Assembly: GCF_963921235.1 (NCBI RefSeq)
Contig: NC_086107.1
Location: 101,868,001 to 101,932,000 of the forward strand
Length of the DNA: 64,000 nt
Source of the DNA: Mobula hypostoma
Taxonomy: Eukaryota
Direction of reading: 5' to 3'
Shown here: piece after piece, positions 52,449-64,000 of the stretch
How the letters are laid out: each line of letters starts with the position of its first letter
Position numbering within the stretch: the first letter of the stretch is position 1
Notes under the pieces: model-generated
What the model was told of the DNA's origin: nothing
Databases searched by the model: none
The model's input: the letters and a program-made list of their open reading frames with translations, nothing else
Program-made: the position numbers and the translations under genes

Positions 52449-52470
52449 CACCAGACCTGGAATATCTAGC
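52425..52470. repeat. Perfect 22-bp inverted repeat (2-nt spacer) at the 5' end of the Rex LINE
   Basis: gctagatattccaggtctggtg-ag-caccagacctggaatatctagc. Confidence 0.95.
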
Positions 52471-52989
52471 TCCACACAGGCCAGTTCCCACCCTTCTGCA
52501 TCACATCCTGTCAGCACATTCTTCCATTCCTTCCTCTGTCAAGAACTTACCTGGAATCCTCCAAAATATATCTGATTTGCCTCACTTACTTCATGTGACA
52601 ATGAGTTCAACATTCACATTAAGTTTCTCCTTATTTCACTGTTGGACTTATTAATGACGATCTTGTATTTGCCACTATCCTTGTTTCTTACTTTCTCAAA
52701 TTCTTTTGTTACTTTAAGAAACCTTTATTTGGTAACGTCTTGGCCTTCTCTTAGCTGAAGATCGAAAGCAATCCCAGTGAATCAGTTTGATAGTCGTTGT
52801 TTTACAGATCCAGTTATGTCCTTGTGAATCTCTAAAACTTCAACATGCTTTATTAAGATCAAAACTATAAATAATATGCCATATCATGGCAACCATCAGT
52901 GTTGGGAGATCATGGCTATTATCGCTTTATTGCATTACTTGTGCTATCTAGGATTGTCAAGTGCCTAAACCATGTCCAAACAGCAAATG

Positions 52990-53106
52990 AAGACACAGGA
53001 GACTGCAGATGCTGAAATCTGGAACAAAACCAAAGTGCAGGAGGAACACAGCAGGACTGTGGAGGGAAAGGAATTGTTGCAATTTTAGGTCGAAACCCTG
53101 CATCAT
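52990..53106 (-). mobile_element. Old Penelope-like tail with a decayed hammerhead
   Basis: Minus strand tgatgcagggtttcgacctaaaa...ccagatttcagcatctgcagtctcctgtgtct. Confidence 0.65.
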
Positions 53107-53304
53107 CCTCTTACCCCAGGGAACAAATTCTTTGGCAATTTGCACATTCAAACTTGCTAGTATTGTGCTATTGTGCAAGTACTATTTCACCTCTGACCTG
53201 TCTTTGACCTTCTCCATTTCACTGTGATGTAGACCCTGCTTCATGGTGGCTTTCCACTCATGGGGTTCCAAAGCAATTGATTCCCAGTCCCTTGAGAAAT
53301 TTTC

Positions 53305-54045
53305 AAACTTCAAAGTAACTTTATTGTTAAAGTACATGTATGTCAACATATACTACCCTGAGATTTATTTTTTTGAGGGCATTCACAATAATTACATAGA
53401 AACACAATAGACTCAATGAAAACTGCACACAACAAAAATGGACAAACAACCAATGTGGAAAAGTCAACAAACTATGCAAATACAAAAAGAAAAACAATCA
53501 TAATAAATAAGCAATAAATATCAAGAATGTGATGAGTCCTTGAAAGTGAGTCCAAAGATTATGGAAACATTTCAGTGATGAGTGCAAAGGTTGTGTGTTT
53601 AGTGTTGGGGTGAGTGAAGTTGAGTGAAGCTATCCCCTCTGGTTCAAGAGCCTGATTGCTAATGGGTAATAACTGTTCCTGAACCTGGTGGTATGGGACC
53701 TGAGGCTCCTGTATCTCTTTCCTGATGGTAGCAGCAAGAAGAGAGCATAGCCTGGATGGTGGGGGGTCTTGATGATGAATGCTGCTTTCCTGTGACAACA
53801 CACTTTATAGATGTGCTCAATGGTCAGGAAAGTTTTACTTTTTTGTAGGTTTTTTTCCGATCAAGGGTATTTGTGTTTCCATACTGGGCCGTGATACAAC
53901 CAGTCCATATACTCTCCTCTATTCATCTATAGAAGTTTGTCAAAGTTTTAGATGATACGCCAAATCTGCGTAAACTTCCAAGAAAGTAGAAGTGTTGCCA
54001 TGTCTTCTTTATAATGCCTTTTACATGCTGGACCCAGGACAGATA
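53305..54045 (-). mobile_element. Rex1/Babar LINE 3' fragment
   Basis: Homologous to 50100-50560 (KAAFIIKTP and LLPSGKRYRS remnants). Confidence 0.75.
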
Positions 54046-54271
54046 TCAACAAAGTTTGAGTCATCTAAATTAGTGTTTGTCAGTGACTGGCTAATGAACA
54101 AAATGTACTTGAAGATTCAGGAATCCTTCTATTATTCACTTATTCCAAACTAACAGGTATAAGAAGCACAAGTATAATGACTATCTTAGCTTGTTCAGGG
54201 CAGTGAAATTGGGATGTATTTCAAAGATAGTACACAAGCGTCAAATACGTAGACTTTTCTTCCTAAGCCTA

Positions 54272-54476
54272 TCATTACTACTGGGGCATAGCAGTTTACC
54301 AGAAATCTCTGTCCTGTGCCAGTCTTTCAAGTTGACCCTAGTGTAGCCCATCTTCAAATTTCCTTCCTCTCTTACCCCAGGATGAGGTCTTTGGAGCTTC
54401 TGTTGGTGTTTCTGTAGCTCTTTATTTTATAGGATAGGGGTTGCAGCCAGGCTTGAGACCATCCATGGTGGAGTTT
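54272..54476 (-). mobile_element. Probable RTE-derived non-autonomous element (5'UTR-like and 3' pieces)
   Basis: Minus strand ccaccatggatggtctcaagcctggctgcaacccctatcctataaaa...gctacagaaacaccaacagaagctcc resembles RTE/BovB 5' ends as recalled. Confidence 0.5.
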
Positions 54477-55329
54477 AGAGTTTTTTTTTTCCTTAAATAT
54501 AAATGTTTTATCGTCCAGTAGATTTCAATACTCCAGATATGATTTGATCACCTCAGTCCTGAAGAGGAAAGTGATACCTTCTCACCGACCCAACTCTTCA
54601 ATTCACTCTGGAAGGATCTCTCAGAACCAGGAGAATTGGTGATAAAGTAGGTTAAATGGCACAATGGATGTACATGATGACACAAAGTAACTGATTTTTT
54701 TTTGGAAATTATTGTAGTAATTATAAAAATTAACATAAAAATTGCTAATTTTCTGGATTTCCACAAGTTTGGTAGACTGAATTGGTAATGCATGAGAATG
54801 TGAGACTTCTATTAATAAGATAAACTACAGGCGTGTTTCAGGATGAATGTTTTAATAAGGCACCTGTTATAGTAGAACTACTTATGTTAATTTCCCTTAG
54901 TTTTGGACAAACCAAAACTGAAACAACTTCTCTATATCTATCAAATTTCTCATCAATTTTTTGCCACAGGACCGGAGTTCAAAAAATATCCAGCACTCAC
55001 CTAAAATACAGGCTGGTAGTAGATGAATATTACGAAGGCTGGCTCTTCTTCCGCCTGCTGGATGCTCATTTTCTACTGATACGTTCAAGAGCCTTTAAAC
55101 AAGACCTGTTTAACACCTTCTTTAGCAAGTTTCAAATTGAAGTAATAGAGGATATGTCATGTAGGCTCTTCCTGTCTTACCCAGGCACTTGTAGTCTTAT
55201 CAAAGAGGCTCAGAGGGGGCATGGTTTCTCCCAGCTTCACAAATCACTATAACAACTGGGTACCCACCAAAGTCCTCATTCTACACTGTCCCTCCACCTA
55301 ACATTCCTCTCCTGGCCACTCCTGCCTAT

Positions 55330-56310
55330 GAATGGAAATTTAAAGGGGCACATTTTTCACAGAGAGGGTGCTGGGCATGTGGAGCAAGCCACTAGTGAAA
55401 GTGATAGAGATAAATACAGCTGTAATACTTAAAAAGCATTTAGGCAAAGACATGGATAGGAAAGGTTCAGAGAGATATCAGTCAAATGCAGACAAATGGG
55501 ATTAGCTTGGTCAGCATGCTTGAGCTGGACATAAGAATCTGTTTCTGTGCTATATAGTACTATGACTGTTAATGAGCGGGAAAAATTGGTCCCAAAATTG
55601 GTTCTATGGCAGCAGGAAGTGAAGGGTAATGGTTGATTGGTATTTTTTGACTGGGAGGCTAATACCGAAGGATATCTATGAGGCTCAATGCTCAGCCCCT
55701 CACATTTTGAAAAATATGCATCTATGATATATATTTAAAGGCAGAGGTATGATGAAGAGCCTTGGAGATGTATCAAAATTGATCTAATGATTGAAAGTGA
55801 GGAAGAAATCCTTTAGACTGCAGGAAGATGACGCATCATATGATAGCGAATATATGGTTAGGTCAGTTGGCCAAAAAAGTGGCAAACAGAATTCAGTCCA
55901 GAGAAGTGCAAGGTAAAGTGTTTGGGGAGTGTCATCAAAGCAAGGTGGTAAGCAATAAGTGAGGCATACTGAGTAGTGTGGTTGGTCATCACACCTTGAG
56001 CATGAATGTCTACATATCCTTAAAGGTAGCACCGCATTACAGAAAAGATGTAAGAGTGGTGCAAAGATGATCTACAAGTATATTGCCAGAACTGAAAAAC
56101 TTCCGCTAAAAGAAAAGGTTAGAGCAGTTAGGCTGTACAGTACTTAACAGCTGAACCAGAAGAAAGAATTTATTGAAGTATATAAAATACTGAAGGATCT
56201 TGGAAGAGAAAATAGATAAACATATTTTCCTTAGTAATGGGGTCAAGAAACAGATTTCATTTGTTATAAAGCTTAAGAAAGGAGTTAGTGGTGTTTTGAA
56301 ACTCGCCATC
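55330..56310 (+). mobile_element. Two decayed CR1 fragments
   Basis: FFTERVLGMW with 3'UTR at 55330-55570, and an older RT remnant at 55590-56310. Confidence 0.6.
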
Positions 56311-56344
56311 TAAAAATCTTTATCATATTTCAAAATATTTGTAC

Positions 56345-57083
56345 TTTTGCCTGATGCCGGTCTTTCTCTTTGCCATTCTTCCATAAAGCTGTGACTGGTG
56401 AAGCACCCAGGAAACAGCTATTGTATGCGCAGTCTCTCCCATCTCAGCCATTGAAGCTTGTAACACTTCCAGAGCTGTCATAGGTGTTTTGGTGGCCTTC
56501 CTCATTAGTCCCCTTCTTGCGCAGTCACTGAGTTTTTGAGGATGGCCTGTTCTAGGCAGATTTACAGCTCTGCCATATTCTTTCCATTTCTTGATGATTG
56601 ACTTAACTGTACTCCAAGGGATACTCAGTGACTTGGAAATTTTCTTTTATCCATCTCCTGACTTGTGCTTTTCAATAACCTTTTCGTAGAGTTGCTTGGA
56701 GTATTCTTTTGTCTTCATGGTGTAGTTTTTGCTAGGATACTGACTCATCAGCAGTTGGACCTTCCAGATACAGGTGTATTTTTACTACAATCATTTGAAA
56801 TACCTTGATTGCACACAGTTCTTCAAAAACAGATCTCCATTTAACTAATTATGTGACTTTTAAAAACAGCTGGCTGCACCAGTGATGATCTGGTGTGTCA
56901 TATTAAGGGGGGGGGTGAATGCTTATGCAATCAATTATTTTGTTTTTTTTCCACTTTGGTACGAAAGAGCCTTTTTCTGTTGATCAGTGTCAAAAAGCCA
57001 AATTAAATCTGCTTTGATTCAATGTTGTAAAACAATAAAACATGAAAGCTTCCAAAGGGGTTGAATACTTTTCATAAGCACTG
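56345..57083 (-). mobile_element. One-ended Tc1 fragment (same family as 9054-13939)
   Basis: Homologous to 13200-13939. ATG at 56718 gives MKTKEYSKQLYEKVIEKHKSGDG*KKISK. Ends CACTG-TA at 57083-57085. Confidence 0.9.
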
Positions 57084-57245
57084 TATGTGCTTTTACATAC
57101 CTGCCTGCTTGTATGCATGATGCATATACTCCTGCTTACATACTTGTGCATGTATACATATCATATATTCTTATGTGTATGCTTGTGTACTTATTTGTAT
57201 TTCATTCTCTGTGTGTATATGTGTCTGTCTGTGTATATGTCTGAC
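57084..57245. repeat. Degenerate TG/TA-rich simple repeat
   Basis: tgta/tgtg/tgca low-complexity run. Confidence 0.6.
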
Positions 57246-57372
57246 ATAACAACACCATGCAACTGTAGTCTCCTCCACGGTGCTGGCTAGCTTTAATATA
57301 CTGTTTGTGTCAGCACATTCCAGAGTTTGACATCTGCACAGTGTTGAGTAGTAGAATTGCTGGAGGTCATAT

Positions 57373-57557
57373 AACCATATAACAATTACAGCACGGAAAC
57401 AGGCCATCTCGGCACTTCTAGTCTGTGCCGAACTCCTACTCTCACCTAGGCCCACCGACCTGCACTTGGTCCATAACCCTCCATTCCCTTCCTGTCCATA
57501 TACCTATCCAATTTAACTTTAAACGACAACATCGAACCTGCCTCAACCACATCTTCT
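57373..57557 (-). mobile_element. Short CR1 3' end with TSD
   Basis: gtcatat at 57366-57372 and 57558-57564, with a CR1 3'UTR and tail. Confidence 0.8.
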
Positions 57558-58340
57558 GTCATATGCAGGTGCATTTGATCCCTTAGATTCACTATTGAGC
57601 CTTATGTTGTTCTGTAACTTTCTGAGCTGAGAGAATGGATATGCTTCGTATCTATCCCTTCAACTTTACACCAGCTACTTAAATAGAGTCACCAACCTTC
57701 ATTAAAAAGATTAAAGAAGTTTATTTTAACTTTAATTAATATTAATGTTTTTGATTAATTCACATTAGCTAAATGTGTCTAATGAAAATTTATTTTAATT
57801 TTTTTCTGAGCTATTTACATTTCTTTCAACCATTTATAAATATCTTTGACTATGAGGCACAGTTGGAAATTGTGGCAGACATTCTGATGGACACAAGTCA
57901 AAAGTTGTCTGTGGGTGAGACCTTGCTTTCTAAATATCTTATTGCTGCTCACAGCCTGTTCTACAACATGAGTGACTGAGTACTGAGAACCAAGGAGTTA
58001 TAGAGGTTAATGCAGCCACTGGGTCCATTTCATTTTAATACTGAACCTGTCTAGGTTTGGCCAGTTCTGTCTTGCTATGGGTCCCTGACATAACGCTGAA
58101 TTGACTGGACATGTTCTGTTCTTTCTGTACCTTGTGCGTAGGAAACAATTGAAAGTTTGTCATAGAGAAATTTGAACTCATGACCTATAGATTAATCCAT
58201 TACAAAATTACAGTGACTACTTTAAATCTGATGACATCTCTCTAAAACTCAAACCCTACTTCAAGCTTTTGATCAGCTGCCTACCAGTCTCTGTACATGG
58301 TTTAGCATTGTTCTATTGTATACCAATCCTGTGTAACTCC

Positions 58341-58960
58341 TAGAACATAAAACAGTACAGCACAATACAGGCCCTCTGTCCCACTATGTTGTGCAACATT
58401 TTAACCTAACTCTTTAGTCTAACTCTTCCCTTACAGATAACCCTCCATTTTTCTTTCATTCAAGGGCCTAACTAAGTCTCTTAAATATAGCTAACTTATC
58501 TGCCTCTACCACCCCCAGCAGTGTGTTCCATGCATTTCCCACTCTATGTAAAAAAAAACACAACTACTTCTGACATCCTCCTATACTTTCCTCCAATCAC
58601 CTTAAAAGTATGACCTCTCATATTAGTCATTCCCACTCTGGGAAAAAGGTCCTGGCTGTCCACTCTATCTATGCTTCTCATGATCGTATACACCTCTGTC
58701 AAGTCACCTCTCATCCTTCACTCCAAAGAGAAAAGCCTCAGTTCACTCAACCTTCCCTTATAAGACATGCTCTCTAGTCCAGTCAGCATCCTGGTAAGTC
58801 TCCTCTGCCCCCTCTCGAAAGCTTCCACATCCTTCCTATAATGAGACCAGAACTGAACATGATATTCCAAATGTAGTTTTACCAGGGTTTTATAGAACTT
58901 CAATATTACCACATGGCTGTTAACTCAATTCTCCCATCTAATGGAAGCTAACACATAGTA
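58341..58960 (-). mobile_element. CR1 3' fragment
   Basis: ORF 58718-58912 (YKTLVKLHLEYHVQFWS) and the tail tagaacataaaacagtacagcac. Confidence 0.85.
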
Positions 58961-59049
58961 AAACATCTCAGCAACGTACACTGAAGGCTTTTTACTGTTG
59001 TAAACAAGCTATGTAAATTTAAGAGGTATTGTTCATTCTGAGGTCTAAG

Positions 59050-59175
59050 AGATTATATAAGCAATGTCATGACCAGTACGTTTGTGGGATTTTATGTACA
59101 TTGGCAGTTGCAATGAAACATTACAACAGTGAACACACTTTGAATTTACTTCATTGGCTGCAAAGCTCCTTCAAA
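59050..59175 (+). mobile_element. Degenerate Deu-SINE fragment
   Basis: tttgtgggat...acattacaacagtgaacacactttgaatttacttcattggctgcaaagc. Confidence 0.55.
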
Positions 59176-59550
59176 TGTTTGAAATCATGAAAATTGCAAT
59201 TTTTTCCTTCTTTTGTTCATTCTGTTATAACTGCAGCAGAGCAGAATTCTGTTCCATCTGTGAGCATTGTTCACTACAGCATATTATCCTTGCAAATCAC
59301 ATTTCTGTTTGCAGATACTGTGTGATCAGTAATCACAGCTATACAGCACAGTAAGAGGCCATCTGGCCTTTGCATCAATGTTGGCTCTTTGAAAGAGCAA
59401 TCCATTTCTCTGCTCTTTTCCCATAAACAACTGAAGGGGAATTTTGTTAAGGTTAATTTCTTTTCAGAAACTGCATTCATAGCCCTTTTGGTCATTGCAG
59501 TCCAGATCATAGCAACTTGCTACATAAAGCTAGTTCTTCCACTAATTGAC

Positions 59551-62447
59551 TTCTTCAAGGTGGCACCATTAAGTGGTGACAGTTTGCATGCAGCTCCAAT
59601 GGGAATCATCAAATATTCCTATTTAGGACTCAGACAGCTGAAATCTATAGTCACAGCTATGAGTACTTCAGTAAGTCGCATCATTTTAAGACATTTAAAA
59701 AATCTATTTGTGCAAAATTTACAAACCTCAGACAGTAGACTCGAGTCGCAAGTGCGGTTCCCCTTTAGGAAAGCAGGAACGCTGCACCGGTCTACAAGCT
59801 CAATTGAAACAAAGAGGCTTTAGACTTGCACTCCCAACTATCCTGCTGGCAAATGTACAGTGCTTGAAAAATAAAATTGAATAACTCGGAGCAAAATTGC
59901 TATACCAGAGGGACATCATGGGCTGCTGTATACCTTGCTTCACGGAAATATGGCTCATATCTACCATTTCAGACACAGTGCTGCAGCTTGATGGTTTTAC
60001 CATTCTCTGCAAAGAGAAGAAAGTACAGTCTTTTAAAGGCCGAGGAGGTGGAGTATGCATTATGATTAACTCATCGTGGTGCAAAAATGTGGCAGTTCTG
60101 TCTCAGTCCTGCTCACCCGACCTGAAACATCGAGTGGTCAAATGTTGTCTGTTTTATCTACTGATGGAGTTTTCCATCATCATCCTGGGAGTGGTGTACA
60201 TTCCACCTCAGGTCAACATCAGGAGGAACTGAGCAATATTAAAAGCAGGCATAAAACAGCACACCCTGATACCTTCCGTATCATTATGGGACATTTCAAC
60301 CAGGTCAGCTGAAGTCTCTGAACAACTACCACCAGTATATCACCTGTGGAACCAGAGGAGCTACTTCTACTCCCAGATTAAAGACCACACCACCAGTGGT
60401 GAGGATCAAGAAGGTATGGTCAAAGGAAGTGGAGGAGTGATTACAAGACTGCTTTGAGTTGGTGGATTGGACAATATCCAGGGACTCATCTTCAAGTCTG
60501 AATGAATACACCACAGTTGTCACTGACTTCATCAAAACCTGTGTGGATGAGTGTGTGCTTTGAGTACATATGCTGACACACCCAAATTAAAAGATGTGGA
60601 TGAACTAGAATATTCATAGTCTACTGAAGGCTAGATCTGTGCCAATCAAGACCATGATCCAGAACTATACAAGATGTCCAGGCATGACCTATGGAAGGCT
60701 ATTTTAAGGGTGAACAACAATTCTGATTGAGGTTAGAGATGGAATCGGATGCACATCAGCTCTGGGAGGGTTTGCAGGCCATTACTTCCTACAAAGGGAA
60801 ACCTAACATGGCAGAATGGCAGAAATGCTTCACTCTCAGATGAGCTGAATGCCTTTTATTCATGCTTTGAAAGGGAGAATAAAGCTCCGTGTATGAGAAT
60901 CCTTGCAGCATCTGGTCACCCTGTGATCTCTGTCTTGGAGGGTGACATCAGAGCATCTTTCAAGAGGGTGAACCCTCGCAAGGCACCAGGCCCTAATGAT
61001 GTGCTTGTTAGGGCTATGAAAACCTGTGCCAACCAATTGGCAGGAGTCTTCAAGGACATCCTTAATCTCTCACTGCTGCAGTTGGAGGTTTGCATCTGTT
61101 TCAAAAGGGTGACAATCATACCAGTCCCCAGGAAGAGCACAGTGAGCTGCCTCATTGGCTATCACCCACTGGCACTCATATCTACTGTGATGAAGTGCTT
61201 TGAGAGGTTGGTCATGGCTAGAATCAGGGACCTAAGCAAAGACCTGGACCTACTGAATTTGCCTCTCGCCACAATAGATCTACTGTGGATGCGATCTCAC
61301 TGGCTCTCTACAGCCTTGGATCACCTGGATAATAGTAATGCCCATGTCAAGCTTCTGTTTATTGACTACAGATCATTGTTCAACACTATCGTACCCTCAG
61401 GTATAATCAACAATCTCCAAAACCTGGGCCTCTGTAACTCCCTCTGCAACTGGATCCTTGACTTCCTCACCAAGAGACCACAGTCTGAACGGATCAGAAA
61501 TAACATATTCTTCTCACTGACAATCAACACTGGCACATCTCAAGGATGCATGCTTAGCCCACTGCTCTACTCTGTCTACACCCACAACTGTGTGGTTAGG
61601 CACAGCTCAAACAGCATCTATAAATTAGTCAGTGATACAACTATTGTTGGCAGAATTTCAGATGGTGATGAGGAGGCGTACAGGAGCGAGATAGATCAGT
61701 TGGCTGAGGTGTGTCACAGCAACAACCTTGCACTTAATGTCAGTAAGACCAAGGAATTAGTTGTGGATTTCAGGAAGAGTAAGTCGAGGGAAAACACACC
61801 TGTCCTCATCAAGGGATCAGAAGTGGAAAGGGTGAGAAGTTTCAAGTTCCTGGATGTCAACATCTCTGATGGTTTATCTTGGCCCCAACATATTGATGCA
61901 ATTATAATGGAGGCATGACAGAGGCTATATTTCATTAGGGGTTTGAGGAGAATTGGGATGTCACCAAAGACACTCGTAAATTTCTACAAATAGACGGTAG
62001 AGAGCATTCTAACTAGTTGCAACGCCATATGGAGAGGGGCCACTACACAGGATCAGAAAAAGCTGCAGAAAGTTGTAAACTTTCCATTATGGGCAGTAAC
62101 CTCCCCAGCATCCAGAACACCTCAAAGGTGATGCCTCAAAAAGGCAGCATCCATTAATAAGGACCCTATCACTCAGGACATGCCCTCTTCCCATGGCTAC
62201 CATCAAGGAGGCAGTACAGGAGCTTGAAGACATACACTCGATGTTTCATAAACTGCTTCTTCTCGTCTTATTTCTGAATGAACCCATGAACACTTCTTCA
62301 GTATTTTTCCCTCTCTTTTTGTACTATTTACTATATATATCCACACTTATTGTAATTTATAATTTTTATTACTATGTATTATAGTATATTGCTGCTACAA
62401 AACAACAAATTTCACAACATTAACTTGGTGATATTAAACCTGATTCT
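59551..62447 (+). mobile_element. Near full-length decayed Rex1/Babar LINE
   Basis: EN motifs (LANVQCL, CFTEIW, GGGVC, VYIPP) and RT ORF 60749-61918, ending in cctgattct. Imperfect TSD actaattgac (59541-59550) and attaattgtc (62448-62457). Confidence 0.9.
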
Positions 62448-62824
62448 ATTAATTGTCTAAATCTGAGTCCTCATGTTACTGACCACCACCCTGATTGTTC
62501 ACCTCCTTTCGATCTCCAACTCGCATCGCAGTCACATACCAAGAACGGTCTTTAATGCAATGCAGGTGGAACACACTCAGTTCTATTTGGGTTCTTGTTG
62601 GTTTTCAATTACTGTCTCAAGGACATTCTATGTTTCTAGACTGTGGGAAGTTGCACTGCTGAGATGGGCAGCTGCTGATCCCTGCAGTTTCTGTACCTCA
62701 AGCAGCTGTAACAACGCTGAATAAAGCATAAGGCACAAGCCAAGTCAGACAGGACTCGATATGAGACATTGCACATGAAAGTTTCCATCCTCCCCATCAT
62801 TCTACAGATATTTACATATAGTAA

Positions 62825-63300
62825 AAATAGAAAATGCAGGAATTACTCAGCAGGTCAGGCACCATCTGTGACAAGGGAAACAGAGATCACATTTGAGGGC
62901 ATTGATTTTCATTAGAACTGGAAAAGGTTAGAAATTTAACAGGGTTTTCAAAGAGCAGTGAAAAAAGAAAATGATTAAATGACAATATTGAAAATATGTG
63001 AGATAAAAGAAGAAATCAAGGGTGGGTGATGAACAAATGCAAATAGCATCACAGAAATCACTGTTTGGAGTAATTGGAACAGTGGAATCAGAATTTGCTG
63101 GTCTCCGTATTAAATGCAAAAGGATGTAATGTCTAATCAAAAAATTAGGCTTTGTTCCTTCAGCTTACGATGAACTTTATTGGTACAGCGCCAGTCACAG
63201 GGATGTCAGTGTAGGAGTTTGGGCAGAGAAATAAAGTAACAGACAGCTGTTAGCTCAAGGTCACATGTGCACCCTAAATGCAAGTGGTCTGCAAAGCAAG
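62825..63300 (-). mobile_element. Very old Penelope-like remnant
   Basis: actcagcaggtcaggcaccatctgtg tail, with decayed endonuclease-like sequence at 63130-63300. Confidence 0.5.
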
Positions 63301-63309
63301 CCATCAAGT

Positions 63310-63465
63310 GGTGCATCTGTTTCACAGCTCCAGTGCTACCTGTGCAGAGTTGGCACGTTCTCCCTGTAGCTGCATGGGTTTCCTTCAGGTGCCCTGTTTG
63401 CCCCTCATTTTCTCAAAGTTGTGCTGGTTGATGGGTTATTTAGCTACTATTAGTTACTTATATTT
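63310..63465 (+). mobile_element. Decayed V-SINE
   Basis: gagttggcacgttctccctgtagctgcatgggtttccttcaggtgccctgttt. Confidence 0.55.
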
Positions 63466-63559
63466 CACAGAATTGGAGAAGGGGAATAATAATAATGTGA
63501 GATAATGGTCTACAAGGAAATGCATAGTGCAGTGGAATTGATGGGAATACTTTAATAGC

Positions 63560-64000
63560 TGGCATAAACTCAGTAATCTCAAGAATGTTCATCTCATGGC
63601 CCAACCAGAAGTCCTGGATGAATGCAGAGGTGCACACCCTATGAAAAGCCCAGCACCCTGCTTTCAGGTCCAGTAATAGAACAACTCTCCAAGCAGCCAG
63701 GAGAAGCCTCATCTTATGCATCAAGAAGGCAAAGACGACTAACATATTAAAAAGTTCAGGAACACCTGTCTGATAACGATCCTTGGCATATGTGGATGGC
63801 CATCAAGGCCATTACTGACTATGCAAGGAAAAGCAGCATCGACTGTACCAGTGACCCTGATGCTCTAAAAAATTTTTGTGCACGCTTCAAGGCATGCAAC
63901 ACAACGCCAGCCATGAAAGCTACCCCCTCCCAGGTGAGCAGCCACTGTCTGGAACAGCAGTGGACATGAGAAGAAACCTGCAGAGAGTCAAACCCCCTAA
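63560..64000 (+). mobile_element. Rex1/Babar LINE fragment running off the window
   Basis: PNQKSWMNAEV, IKAITDY, NFCARF and MRRNLQRVKP remnants. Confidence 0.75.

Noticed and set aside
1..64000. CRISPR arrays, operons or other prokaryotic systems
   Set aside because: No regularly spaced repeats or bacterial gene organisation. The content is vertebrate transposon-derived.

Overview
Repeat-dense vertebrate genomic DNA. The repeat families (CR1, Rex1/Babar, V-SINE, Deu-SINE, Penelope-like, IR/DR Tc1) suggest a cartilaginous fish such as a ray or shark, but this is an inference. No intact host protein-coding gene is recognisable, and essentially all long ORFs are decayed transposon genes. Bases 139-22770 are a multi-level nested insertion cluster. 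A BEL/Pao LTR element is hit by a CR1, and its 5' LTR carries a Tc1 that itself holds a Penelope hairpin and a CR1. Next to it lies a chain in which a CR1 holds a V-SINE, which holds a full-length Gypsy (Mag-like) element, which holds an 862-bp solo LTR. The most distinctive signal is a dispersed family of short Penelope-derived insertions carrying minimal hammerhead ribozyme motifs (CTGACGA...GAAACGTC). Several are TSD-flanked fold-back hairpins, and their breakpoints cluster at the ribozyme. The rest of the window holds CR1 and Rex LINE fragments, two more Tc1 copies, a hAT MITE, SINEs, and TE-poor stretches that may be intronic or regulatory. All calls come from reading the sequence by eye, and no database search was run.
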